A stretch of 64,000 nt of DNA from Chiloscyllium plagiosum. Taxonomy: Eukaryota. Shown here piece by piece: positions 12,967-25,160 of this stretch. The notes under the pieces were generated by a model. The model was not told where the DNA came from. It saw nothing but the letters and a program-made list of their open reading frames with translations, and ran no database searches. The stretch covers positions 35,972,163 through 36,036,162 of the forward strand of contig NC_057739.1 in assembly GCF_004010195.1 (NCBI RefSeq), written 5' to 3'. The position numbers and the translations under genes are program-made. Every line of letters begins with the position of its first letter. Position 1 is the first letter of the stretch.

Positions 12967-15521
12967 CAAATAAGTTGCAGGTTCTTCCTGGCTCTCCAGC
13001 AGGCTTAATGTTTTCCATTATACCAAGTCAAGACTTCTAGTGTACTTCAAAAGTCATTCCACTTTCCCTGAGTTCTACATACTTGACTTCCACCACCTTC
13101 AAACTCCGAAAGTCATGTCCATTCTGTTCTTTTCCTTTGGAACAGAAAAGCTATTCTCATAAACATCCTGCTTGTTTGTTGATAGAAAACAGTCATCTTC
13201 CCTTTATAGCAACAGCTGTTTTTTTCTCCACACAGCAGTAGCTGCTTTGTCTTTCTCACTGTAGCTCAAACAGATACACTATGGACAGATAAGCATGAAA
13301 CTATCATTTAATTTCAATGGGTTGCTGCTTGTAGCTTATCCCCATCAAAATCAGACCAATGGGAATGTTTTCAAGCTGATGTGCTTCTGATATTACCAAT
13401 TTTACATTAAGTTAAAAGGAGACACATTAAACTTGGATTTGCTTGATCTGCTTAAAAGTCAGAGATACCAATAGTATAAGAAAAGGTCTGGCCAGTTACA
13501 ACGATGTGTATTAATACTCAGACCTGGAGATACTTCAAGCTTGCAGTTCAATCAGGTATCTCTATTGATGTTTGAAATACCCTCATGCATACTTCACTTA
13601 CCCTGGTCTGTTAAGTAAAATGCACCACCTCCTACAATCCTTGAACAAAGTGGCACAAAAATATCTGATCTCTCTGGCATGCATGTCCCCATTTCCAATG
13701 TCAAGTTTGAATCTGGCAGCAAGTCAAGAGGATCACCAGGCATCCAGCAACAGTGATGTTATCAAGTAGAGTCAGCATTTTCACAGACAGCAAACTAGGA
13801 AGCAAATTGCACTAATTATTCACTAGTTTTTAATACATTTAACAGAGAACAAGGTGAATGACTGAATCATACAGATGGGATGAAGATAGGAGTGTCAGAA
13901 ATTTTAAAACATGTTTTAAAAATGTGGAATTTATAACGGATAAATTTGACTTCCACAAATATAAAATTACTTTTGGTTAAGTGAGACTGTTCAGTGTAAT
14001 TATGACTCCATGAAAACCTTAGTTGCACCTGAATGAATAAAATGTAACTTTTTCCAAGGGTTTGTACAGCAAAAATCACAGCACAAAAATGCACGTTCTC
14101 AATAATTTAGTGATTTCCAATTGATTGTAAACTGAAGAAATTTCAACAGTATACTCAAAAGGAGAGAAATGGAATCACTAAAAGCGATTTTGGGATTTCT
14201 ATATTTAATTATGCTGTCAATTTGAGAGGGGTAATTGTGATGAATGCTGACAGTTTTGCTGTATTAACAGAAAATCAGGACCATGTAGTTCATCACTTAG
14301 TACATTAACAGATTCTCCCAGGTTAACTGGCCTGACCATGCCACCTGATCAACAGCAACTTCATAGCAAAGGCCAGGTTTGCAAATTGTCAATAGCATGT
14401 TATTCAGAGAATTACTTCTTACCTTCAATTTCCAACAGATAAATCACACTCTATACAAGTGCATTGCTCATTCTTCATAATCAAATGCATGAATAAGGTT
14501 ACATGATCTAAATGCCTGTGCATCGTGTTGCCGCAACAGCAAAGTATTTTCTATTAAAGAAGGCTTGCATACAGGTTACTGGAATTTGGCCTTAGTCTAC
14601 TTTCCCATAGCTAGCTTGAACAATATTGACAAAGATGAGTCACTATCCAATTTTACTTTTTACAGGAACAAAGGCAAAATACTGCAGATGCTGAATATCT
14701 GAAATAAGAACAGAAAATGCTGAAGAAGCTCAACAGGTCTGGCAGCATCTGCAGAAGAGGAAACAAAGTTAAAGCTTGGAGTTCAATATGCCTTTTTGAA
14801 GAGTTTTTCCAACGTTTTGTTTTTATTTCCTTCTTGCCCATCCTAGTTGCTTAATCTAACAAATCTCTGGGCATTATGACAGGGCTTCTTTTGATACAGA
14901 TGAACAAGGATGAAACATACACATTGTGCAATCAGGTGCTCAACAGCACAATAAATCTACTCCAAACTGATGATTAAAGCAAACCAACAAATTTCAAGAA
15001 AACCCACTACACACACAAAAAGCCTTTAGATAAATCAGCAATCGTGTTCAGAATTCTAATATATTCCACAATGTTCCCCTTTGATGACCTAATTGCAGCA
15101 TAATCATTCAGCATATCCTGTTAAATGATTACAGAGCAGTTTTCTGCAACAGTAATTTTGCTACACAGCAGTCCTTTGACAAAGTACCCATGGGCCCTTG
15201 AGTATGGTAAGATGTTGCTGGAGTTTCAACACCTTCCCATTTATCTACTCAGAATGCTCATCAGTTTCCTATCACTAATGTAGCCAGGACCACCCTACTA
15301 ATTAGGGATTTCACAGTCATTTAAAGCCGACTGGGAAGAATCCCAGAGCCCAGTGACATAGTTCATTAAGAACAGTGCTTTAGAATTGTTACAGACGTTC
15401 CTGGTTCAGTAACTGAAATACTAAAGCTGTGACATGGTTTTGTTTGGTCACTGCCTGGATGCTTGATTGTGAGCATGGTTTAAGGACTAATTCATTCATA
15501 CAAAATTGTGAACAGAACTGT

Positions 15522-15855
15522 GGGCGGCATGGTGGCATAGTGGGCGGCATGGTGGCACAGTGGTTAGCACTGCTGCCTCACAGCGCCTGAGACCCGGGTT
15601 CAATTCCCGACTCAGGCAACTGACTGCGTGGAGTTTGCACGTTCTCCCCATGTCTGCGTGGGTTTCCTCCGGGTGCTCCGGTTTCCTCCCACAGTCCAAA
15701 GATGTGCAGGTCAGGTGAATCGGCCATGCTAAATTGCCCGTAGTGTTAGGTAAGGGGTAAATGTATGGGTGGTTTGCGCTTCGGCGGGTCGGTGTGGACT
15801 TGTTGGGCCGAAGGGCCTGTTTCCACACTGTAATCTAATCTAATCTAATCTAATC
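15522..15855 (+). mobile_element. Full-length HE1-type SINE with duplicated 20-bp head
   Basis: gggcggcatggtggca(t/c)agt occurs twice; A/B boxes; (taatc)n tail; flanking direct repeat cagaactg. Confidence 0.92.
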
Positions 15856-15859
15856 AGAA

Positions 15860-16050
15860 CTGAAGACCATGTAGTCATCAGCGAATATCTCCACTTTTTA
15901 CTTTATGATGGAGGGACAATTATTGATGAAGCAGTTGAGGCTAATTGGGCATACAATACTGCCTGTGGAACTCCTGCAAAAATGTCATGGGGTAGAGATG
16001 ATTAGCCTCCAAGAACTGCAAGCTTTGTGCTAGGAATAAGTCCAATCTTT
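15860..16050 (-). mobile_element. L2/CR1-group RT fragment
   Basis: Minus strand reads GVPQ.../LNCFINNCPSIIK...VEIFADDY (RT core motifs, frameshifted). Confidence 0.7.
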
Positions 16051-16139
16051 CATTACCAGCGACTGTATTCATTATCAGGAAGGACAGTTGGAATTAATTA
16101 ATTAATGTATCTGTCAATAAACAACTAACAAATACAAGG

Positions 16140-16760
16140 TTAAATCCTTGCTCGGAGGAAAGCAAATAATAAGTGTTGAAAAAGGAGCTGCACTGATGAA
16201 CTTCAAGTGGATGAATGCTTGCCATAATCCGGATACAGACATGGAGCACCAGAACTGATTTCTTAATCAATGGGCACTTGCTGTTATAATTGACCAAGAT
16301 AATGTTTTCTGAAATCTTGACAAATTTACAACAAACATCTGTCTTCGGTGCAAAGGACCTACATGGAACAGCTTTGGGCACGTAGTCAACCTTGATGTTC
16401 CAGAAGAAGTTGAAAATTAACTTGAGTGCGCATCCTCAAACATTCTGATTTTACCTCAAAATAAATCTTGGCCTGCTGTCATCTCATTCCTTGCCAAGTA
16501 CATGGATACTCTGCCCCTTGAAGGATTATGTTCCAAATTTTGTGTTCAGTGGTGAAGCAAAGGCACTTGCTGCTAAGCTCCAAGAAGGTTGCTTACAGAG
16601 AATACACAATCAGTTTTACAGTTGACCATCTATCTCATGTACAGGAACACCAAACAATTTGAAAATTGGGTAGAGAACGAGAGACAGAGCAGCCTGTCCA
16701 GAAGCTTCCAAACTCGCTCTGCACCTCCTTGACCTTCTTGAACTGCTGCAGTCAGTGTGG
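16140..16760 (-). mobile_element. Decayed L1/Tx1-clade ORF2 fragment
   Basis: Minus strand about 16430-16360 reads KLIFNFFWNIKVDYVPKAV, resembling the IF-x-F-x-W post-RT motif of L1/Tx1 elements. Boundaries approximate. Confidence 0.5.
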
Positions 16761-17309
16761 TGAAACTGCTTCAGTAAGGAGTGGCAGGATTTTCACTCAC
16801 TGATCTGAGTCAGTTACAATCATTTTGTTTTTATATCCCACCTTTAACAGAATAAAAACATGGAAAATAGGGACTTGAGTAGGCTATTGTGGAGTTCGAT
16901 CCTGCTCCACTATTCAGTGTGATCATGAATGATCAATCTGCTCAATAGCTTGGACCAATACTCTTTGACCGCTTTAGCCCTCAGAACTATATCTTCTTGG
17001 AGATATTTTTGCCTCAATTGCTTTCTGTGGCAGCAAATTCCGCAGGCTCACTGAGTGAAGAAATGTTTTCCTCAACTCAGTCCTAAACAGCCTACTCCTT
17101 GCTTACTTTCAGTGACTTGTGTACAAGGACACCAGATCTCCTTTCTCATTTCTCTTTCGTAAATTCATGATGACTGACTCTGTCCAATCCTGTCACTATT
17201 TTTCAGTGTTAGGCTAACCAGTCGATAATTCTTTAATTTGTTGTCTTTTAATTCCATCAATTTCCCCAAAACTAATTCCCCATTAATACTGATTTCTTTC
17301 AGTTCCTCC

Positions 17310-18046
17310 CTCTCAAAATACAGAGGCACGGGATTGAGAGTGATGTAGTGGTTTGGATCAGAAGATCATTAGCTGAAAGAAGACAGAGGGTGGTGGTTGA
17401 TGGGAAATGTTCATCCTAGAGGTCAGTTACTAATGGTGTATCGCAAGGATCTGTTTTGGGGCAACTGCTGTTTGTCATTTTTATAAGTGATCCAGATGAG
17501 GACATAGAAGGATGGGTTAGTGTTGGGATAAAGAATACTGGACTAATGGTAAGATACTTGGTAGTGTAGATGAACAGAGACATCTTGGTGTCCATGTATA
17601 TAGATCCCTGAAAGTTTCCACCCAGGTTGATAGGGTTGTTAAGAAGGCATACGGTATGTTAGCTTTTATTGGTACAGGAATTGAGTTTCGGAGCCATGAG
17701 GTCATGCAGCACTGTACAAAACTCCAGTGTGGCCACACTTGGAGTATTACATACAGTTCTGGTCACCACATTATAGGAAGGATGTGGAAGCTTTGGAGGA
17801 GATTTACTAGGACGTTGCCTAGTATGGAGGAAAGGAAAGGCTGAGGGACTTAAGGCTGGTTTTGTCAGAGAGAAGAAAGCTGAAAAGTGACTTAATAGAG
17901 ACATACAAGATAATCAGAGGGTTAGATAGGGTGGATGGTGATGGCTAGCATGAGAGGACATAGCTTTAAATTGAGGGGTGATAGATATAGGACAGATGTC
18001 AGAGATAGTTTCTTTACTCAAAGAGTAGTAGGGCCATGGAACACAC
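17310..18046 (+). mobile_element. CR1 element, 5' part, interrupted at 18046 by an LTR element
   Basis: RT and C-terminal motifs (QGSVLG, RGHSFKLRGDRYRTDVRDSFFTQRVVGPWN). Stops at catggaacacac; the continuation is on the minus strand at 22050-22226. Confidence 0.88.
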
Positions 18047-19066
18047 TGAGAATGTGCATAGGGAATGAGCAGGTAGGGAAAGAGTTAGGTTTTGAATTTT
18101 GTGAAACAAAAGGTTCAGCTAGAATGACTTTAATCAGATAAGCACTTTCAGTAAACAATGAGATGCTGGAGGCAAGGGTAGTGGATTGCTGAGGTGAAAA
18201 AGTTTCATTATGTAAAGCCATTTAACAAGATAAAGAAGCATTCATTATGTAAATTCAGTTAAACAAGGTGAAAAGCATTCATTATGTGAAGCCAGTTAAG
18301 GTTAAGAACATTCACTGTATAACACCAGATGGCTTAATCTCTACTATTGATACTCACTGATTGCAACAGTCACCCAATCAATTTGAATGTATCCTTATCC
18401 GGATGGTGCTCCCTGTAAGTGATTATATACAGTAATTCCTTGAGGAGAAAGTGAGGACTGCAGATGCTGGAGATCAGAGCTGAAAATGTGTTGCTGGAAA
18501 AGCGCAGGTCAGGCAGCATCCAGGGAACAGGAGAATCGACGTTTCAGGCATAAGCCCTTCTTCAGGATTCCTGAAGAAGGGCTTATACCCGAAACGNTCA
18601 TCTCCTCTGCTCAGAAGCTCTTCAGCCACATTCTCAAACAGACTCGCTACCACAGCCATATCTCCTTCCTCAGCACCTGCCTACGGAACCGACTTATCCT
18701 GCACGGACTCCGGACTACGTTCCGACCAACAAAACTTGGACCCAACCAGGACAACCAGTACCTACAACAAATCCGAAGCCTCCAGCAACAGACCTCCCTC
18801 CGGATCCTTCGCAATTCCTGAAGAAGGGCTTATGCCCGAAACGTCGATTCTCCTGTTCCCTGGATGCTGCCTGACCTGCTGCGCTTTTCCAGCAACACAT
18901 TTTCAGCTACAGTAATTCCTTAAGAATCTACTGTTCGAGAGAAGACCGAGCACTCATGTCCCTGTGCACATGTCCCTCCAGGACCCGGAATAAAGATGAA
19001 GGAGGTAAACCTATACTGTGCTTCTGAGCGTTTTGCTTCAACTGAGGCGGGGACATGACGACAATA
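18047..19066 (+). mobile_element. 5' LTR (about 550 bp plus a 470-bp nested insertion) of an ERV/Gypsy-type element
   Basis: TGAGAATG...GACGACAATA. Colinear with the reverse complement of 22227-22776; AATAAA near 18988; immediately followed by a PBS. Confidence 0.88.
18442..18908. mobile_element. Penelope-like fold-back insertion nested in the 5' LTR
   Basis: TSD acagtaattcctt at 18429-18441 and 18909-18921. Inverted arms carry three hammerhead cores; the interior encodes a PLE N-terminal-like HISFLSTCLRNRLILHGL. One N at 18597. Confidence 0.85.
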
Positions 19067-19067
19067 T

Positions 19068-19085
19068 TGGCATGGTCAGCAGGAT
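19068..19085 (+). other. Primer-binding site, tRNA-Ser-like
   Basis: TGGCATGGTCAGCAGGAT, separated from the LTR end by one nt. 15/18 match to TGGCGTAGTCGGCAGGAT, the complement of the vertebrate tRNA-Ser 3' end (recalled). Confidence 0.75.
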
Positions 19086-19339
19086 CCAAACGAATAGTTG
19101 CAATCGGACGGTGTTACCGATTGCCCGGAACATTAGTATCTCGAGGCAGACAGGCCCCACAAAGCAAAATTTTAAACCTCGGTCAATATTTCTGTGTGCC
19201 GGAAATAGTCCCCTTGTTCGATCGCTCTCTATTCTATGGACGCCTCGAACGGTAATTAGTTCAGTCGAGAGAGACAGTTTCGCAAGCACGCTGACAAACA
19301 GAAGTTCGAGTCGTCTGCTCTGTATTGGGGGGGGATTTA

Positions 19340-20075
19340 ATTGAGGACCAAGTCCTTTGCGTTGTACCGGGGTTTAGGTTCCCGGGTTAAAGAGGTCACG
19401 ACCTCCGCGCTGTATTGGGCTTCGAGTCCCCTGGGTCAAATTCAAGTTCAAGTCCTCCGCGCTATTTTGAGTTTTGGGTCCCCAGGTTTTATCGAGGTTC
19501 AAATCCCCCACATTGTACTGGGGTTTGCGTCCCCCTGGGTTAAATTCAAGTTCAAGTCCTCCGTGCTGTATTGGAGTTTGAATCCCCTGGATTTTATTGA
19601 GGTTCAAGTCCTCCGCGCTGTATTTGGGTTTGGGTCCCCAGGATTAAATTGGGGTTCAAGTCCTCCGGGTTTTATCGAGGTTCAAGTCCCCTACGTTTTA
19701 TTGAGGTTCAAATCCTCCACGCTGTATTGAGGCTTGAATTGCATGGATTAAATGGATGTTCAAGTCTTCTGCGCTGTACTGGGGTTCAAGTCCCCCATGT
19801 TTTATCAAGATTCAAGTCCTCCGCGCTGTATTGGGGTTCAAGTCACCGGGGTTAATTTGAGGTTCAGGTCCTCTGCACTTATTTGGCATGGGGGGGTGGT
19901 TAATTGAGGTTCTAATCTTCCGCGCTGTGTTGGGGTTCGAGTCCCCGGGTTAAATGAGATTAGAGTCCTCCACACTGTTTTGGGGTTTGAGTCCTCTGGA
20001 TTTTAGGGAGGTTCAAGTCCTCCACGTTGTATTGGGGTTCGAGTTCTCTGTGTTTAAGTGAGATTCGCAACCTCC
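19340..20075 (+). repeat. 26-bp minisatellite (about 28 units, 52-bp higher order) in the LTR-element leader
   Basis: Core GGTTCAAGTCC recurs at multiples of 26 nt (e.g. 19601, 19653, 19679, 19705, 19783, 19835, 19861), with alternating cctccgcgctgtattgg and ccccgggtt.aattga spacers. Confidence 0.88.
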
Positions 20076-21666
20076 AGTCCCCGTGAGGAGTAAAGTGAGA
20101 AAGGGGTTGAAAACACCCTAATGGTGAAATTTGAGGCTCTGTGAGCCTTTGTTCTGGGGGAAAGAAAGTGGCTTGGACTGTGGCGTTGTGTGGTCCACTG
20201 TGAGGGCTTTCTCTTTTCCTAAGTGTAATTTTAGTGAGAGGATGCTAAAAACAAAATGAGAAACGCTGAAATTAAGGCTGTACTAATACTTGGGTTGAGA
20301 AAGGAAAGTTTCAATGTAAATTGTGCCATGCTGAGAGTGTTTGATGTTTAAAGGTTTTGGTTTGTTAAAACACTGGTTTGGAAAATCCTTTTAAGTAACT
20401 GTTTTACCTTGTTTGAATCAGGATCTCTATTCAATGTGCTTTGTGGGCTATGTAATGGGGCAGATTGTGTTTTTACATTAAAATTGTACAACATTATGTC
20501 CTTTTTAAAATTATCAAACTTGTAACCTTAAAACAAATTGATTGATTTAGTGTCTTTAGCCCCTGACTTGTTTCAAATTCCACAATACCTGTTTAAAAAG
20601 ACCATTGGGTCACTGCTCATGCTTTAGCCAGATGAGAGTATTGAATCATAATATCTTTGCTGCTATGCTTTTACTGCTGAGTGTTCACAAAAAGAAGAGT
20701 GCATTTTGAGTTTGATGCTTTGTGAAGATTTTAGAGAATATTAGAACCTGAGGCTGAGCTGTTTCAGTTCTGTTAATTATTGTTAAGACTTCATTGGCCC
20801 CCTTCATATTGCAAATTCAAAGAATGTTGATCTCTACCAAAGTTGCCACTGCAATTCCGACTGTTTTATTTGGGAAGTTTCATTTGGGGAACATACTTTA
20901 ATATATTCTGCATTTGTTTCCCACAAATATTTTAAATCTTAACTGAAACGGCCTCTTCAATTGCTACAACACAGGAAATGTTTTGTTGTTTTCTTGTTGT
21001 TCTAGATTTTGGAAATACTTTTCCTGACGGCTTTCACATTAGCTAAGTATCAATTTGTTAAAGGAAAATAATTTTTGAATAACCTGAATGGGGTCCCCCG
21101 AGGATTTGATTTTAGGACAAGTGATTGTTGTTTATAATTGACTGAATTGCTTAGGCAGTACAATTTAGAAGTTTATGGATTGTATAAAACTTGATAATGT
21201 CATAATTCGTTAACAGAGTAACAGACTTCAAGAATTCAAAGCATGTTGAAATAGGCATACACTATTTAGTGTAATTAAATGTGTGACTGTCTTCACACTG
21301 ATAACCACCTTGGCAAAGAAGGAATGAGAGAGGAAATGCAAAGATACTTTCAGCAGCTAACATCTTCTCTAGAGTTTCTCCATTCACCGATAAAGCACGC
21401 CTTCGGACCGCCGCCCACCCCTCCACAACCTGATCCAACGGATTCAATCAGCTCCCCAGTTATGAACAGTGAAGAAGTTAACAACAGTGAAGAGCAGATC
21501 GTACACTTTTCGTCAGTGGCCTTCCTGTGGACATTAAACCATGTCAGCTCTACCTTGTCTTTCGATCATTACATGACAACTGCCAGTTGGCTTTGTTACT
21601 TTTAACAGCAGAGTGGGAACAGCAAGGAATGCTGTGCTCACCTAGCCTGCAGCTGCAGGTGCTGCA

Positions 21667-21912
21667 CTGAGGGGCAACCTTTTCACACAGAGGGTGGTGG
21701 GTGTATGGAATGAGCTGCCAAAGAAAGTGGTAGAGGCAGGTACAATTACAGTTTTTAAAAGACGTTTGGACAGGTACATGGATAGGAAAGATTTAGAGGA
21801 AAAGGGCCAAATGCAGATACATGGGACTAGTTCAGTTTAGGAAATCTGCTCAGCACAGACAAGTTGGGCCAAAGTATCTGTTTCTGTGCTGTATGACTCT
21901 GACTCTATGATT
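21667..21912 (+). mobile_element. CR1 3' fragment at the left inversion breakpoint
   Basis: ctgaggggcaaccttttcacacagagggtgg...tatgactctgactctatga; its upstream bases lie on the minus strand at 23220-23230. Confidence 0.85.
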
Positions 21913-22049
21913 CTGAAAAATTCAGTGGTTTTAACTTTCTGGCTTGTTATCTGTTAATATTTCAATTCTACTGCCTACTTATTGCTGCTACCTGCTATGT
22001 GCCAAGGCATCCCTTTGGCTTGGGCTAGTTTTAAACTGCTGTCTGAAAA

Positions 22050-22226
22050 TAGAACATAGAACATTACAGTGCAGTGCAGACTCTTTGGCCCTCGATGTTG
22101 TGCCAACCTGTGGAACCAATCTGAAGCCCAACTAACCAATACTATTCCATTTTCATTCATATGTCTATCCAATGACCATTTAAATGTCCTTAAAGTTGGC
22201 GAGTCTTATACTGTTGCAGGCAGTGC
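22050..22226 (-). mobile_element. 3' end of the CR1 interrupted at 18046, now on the opposite strand
   Basis: Minus strand gcac-tgcctgcaacagt...actttaaggacatttaaatggtcattggatagacatatg...tgttctatgttctat continues the CR1 WN-x-LP frame. Confidence 0.85.
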
Positions 22227-22776
22227 TATTGTCGTCCCATACCCGCCTCAGTTAAAGCAAAATGCTCAGAGACACGGTATAGTTTTACCTCTTTCATCTT
22301 TATTCCAGGCCCTGGAGGGAGAGAGAATTAATGCCCATGTGGACAGGGACATGTTTCTCAGTCTTCTCTCTCAAACAGCAGATTCTTGAGAAATTATATA
22401 GTCACTTACAGGGAGTAGCATCCAGATAGGCAACATTCAAATTGATTGGGTGACCTTTAGAATCAGCAAGGGTCAATAGTAGAGATTAAGCCATCTGGTG
22501 TTTTACAATGAATGTTCTTAGCCTTAACTGGCTTCACATAATGAATGCTTTTCACCTTGTTTAACTGACTTTACATAATGAATGCTTCTTTATCTTGTTA
22601 AAAGACTTTACATATGAAAGATTTTTCATCTCAGCAACCTACTACCCTTTCCTCCAGCACCTCATTGTTTACTGCAAGTTCTTATCTGATCAAAGTCATG
22701 CTAGCTGAACATCTTGTTTCACAAAACTCAAAACCTGACTCTTTCCCTACCTGCTCATTCCCTATGCACATTCTCA
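22227..22776 (-). mobile_element. 3' LTR of the same element, inverted; PPT at 22777-22788
   Basis: Reverse complement of the 5' LTR. On the minus strand it is preceded by the purine tract AAAAGGAGGGAA and followed by GCAC (compare ACAC at 18043-18046, a 4-bp TSD with one transition). Confidence 0.88.
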
Positions 22777-24107
22777 TTCCCTCCTTTTATCATTTCATGT
22801 TAACCTATGGCATTACCAGTTTTCATAAGACTCTTGGAGCCAGTATTTAAGCAAGTTATTGATACACGCATGCAGTGATTATAACAACAAAAAAACTACT
22901 AATCCAATACAGTAAATAGAATTTGAAGAATCCTCCAACATAGGAAAAAGCTCACCAATAAAGTTCTTAAATCCACAGTCCTTTGTGACCACTCCACCCC
23001 CTCTAAGTCAAGTGGAAACGAGCCATTTCTCCAGAATCTCCTACAGTAAAGTCCAACCTGAAACAAAATCCAGTCTGTCCTACTACATCACTCTACGGAG
23101 AAATCTGAATTCTTGGGTAAGGGCAGTTAAATACTTAACAACACTGACGAGACTTCTATCCTTCCGGAGATGCTTCAGATGGAGGATACCAGCACATCAA
23201 CTGTAATTTTGCCCCTCAGGCCCCTCTTAGATAGAGTCATATAGCATAGAAACAGACCTTCAGTCCAACTAGTCCATGCCAACCCATTTCCCAAACTAAA
23301 TAAGTCCCACTTGTCTCCTTAACATATTCTGATTTTCAAACAGTAAACTAAACAATTATGATTAAGAAGCTAAAATCAAAATAAACAAATTTAAGAAAAT
23401 ATTTTCGTCGTGAAGAAGCTTGATATTCTACAATTATAATTCGTTTTATCGGTAAGTATCTTGGTTGGCCCAAATTCTGAAGACGCCATGCTTAAAACCT
23501 ACTCACACTTCTCTCAACAGCATGCAATTGTTTTGAGGAGTTTTAAAGTGAGATTAAAAGTGCAAGAATTTATTTTTGTTTTGCCAAATCATGATTGAAT
23601 TAGAGGGTGCAGTTTTTAGGAACCTTTACAGCAAATGCACTGGAGAGAAACAGAACTGGTGATAACAACATCTGACTTTCCACATTCTTCTACTCATGTG
23701 CCAACTTCCAAAGTTGATATTGGTTTAACTGCAGTAATGGTTCTGAGCATTGACATGTTTTGCAATCATTATCACAATAATATCCAGGCTAATAATTTTT
23801 CAGAATGTAAAGGATTAATCAGAGAGAGGAGGGAATCATGTAGTGGACTGGTTTAATGGGATTTGCTTGTCTAGTAAGTGAAGCTCTTTTTTTTTGCATA
23901 AAAGTTTACTAAGTGTAATGTGAGAGTGGAGGTTTCTAACCTTCAGTTGAAAAGTTTGTTATTCTAAGCCACAATGAACCCCTACTCACTATTGGCTAAT
24001 GAAAGTGAATCAAAGAACTTTACTGAAATTGTTAGCTAAAATAAGATCCAAATTTGATAATGAATTAAAATTTCATCTCAGTAAAGAAAATTAATTTGAA
24101 CACACAT

Positions 24108-24500
24108 TCATAGAGATGTACAGCACGGAAACAGACCCTTCAGTCCAACTTGTCCATGCCAACCAGATATCCCAACCCAATCTAGTCCCAACTGCCAGCA
24201 TCTGGCCCATATCCCTCTAAACCCTTCCTATTCATATATCCATCCAGATGCCTTTTAAATGTTGCAATTGTACCAGCCTCCTCAACTTCCTCTGGCAGCT
24301 CATTCCATACAAGTACCACCCTCTGCGTGAAAAAGTTGTCCCTTAGGTCTCTTTTATATCTTACCCCTCTCACCCTAAACCTATGCCTTCCAGTTCTGGA
24401 CTCTCCCACCCCAGGGAAGAGACTTTGTATATTTATCCTATCCATGCCCCTCATGTTTGTATAAACATCTATAAGGTCACCCCTCAGCCTCTGACACTCC
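24108..24500 (-). mobile_element. CR1 3' fragment
   Basis: ORF RLRGDLIDVY...FFTQRVVLVWNELPEEV...GLEGYGP plus tail. Confidence 0.9.
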
Positions 24501-25160
24501 AAAATGCTTATTAATTAAGAATTTTGATTTTAGCTTACTAACTTGATAATCTGTGCCTTATATGGACTGTTTCTAAACTCTCAATCATATCAGATAAATT
24601 AGTTGTCAAACAGCAGGAATAAAAATGGTATTAAGGGAAACAAGTGGTACCCAAGCAAGAGATTTGGTGGGCTTTCCAAGAAAGAGACATCAGTTAGCTG
24701 GTTAAAACTACAGCATGTTTGATTATGCAACGTTTCTACCTCCTCCCACTGCTCTTCTGGTCTACCATACATTGTTCCCTCTTTCCACTACATCATCAGT
24801 GGCAAAATCTTCAACCTCTTGCTTCTGCCATTCTGGAATGCTCTGCTAATAATCTCCATATTAAATTTCACCTAACCCTGATTCTAAATTCAGAGTATAT
24901 GCACAAAATGGTTGAATTCCAAATTTAATTTGCGAGAGAGCAACTGCTGTCCTCAACTTAAAAGGGCAATTACAGAGATGTGATCAAAGAGTTGTCTAAA
25001 ATGGGCTGGGAAAACAGGCTAAGGGACAAGAGAATGGATGAACAAATATTCCAATAGATATTTCCTAACGCTTAGAAGAAACATATTCCAGACAAAATTG
25101 ACATAATGCAAAGGATGAACTACCTGTGGTTTATAAAGATGGTTAAGTAGAGTTCCAATC

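Noticed and set aside
15522-15615. tRNA gene (also at 4824, 33437 and 59780)
   Set aside because: The tRNA-like heads continue into the shared SINE body and (AATCT)n tail, so they are SINEs.
19340-20075. CRISPR-like array or repetitive protein ORFs
   Set aside because: Spacers are related to each other, the context is vertebrate with no cas genes, and the ORFs result from the tandem repeat.
18047-22776. DIRS-like or DNA transposon with long terminal inverted repeats
   Set aside because: PBS, PPT, TSD and the split CR1 show ordinary direct LTRs secondarily inverted.
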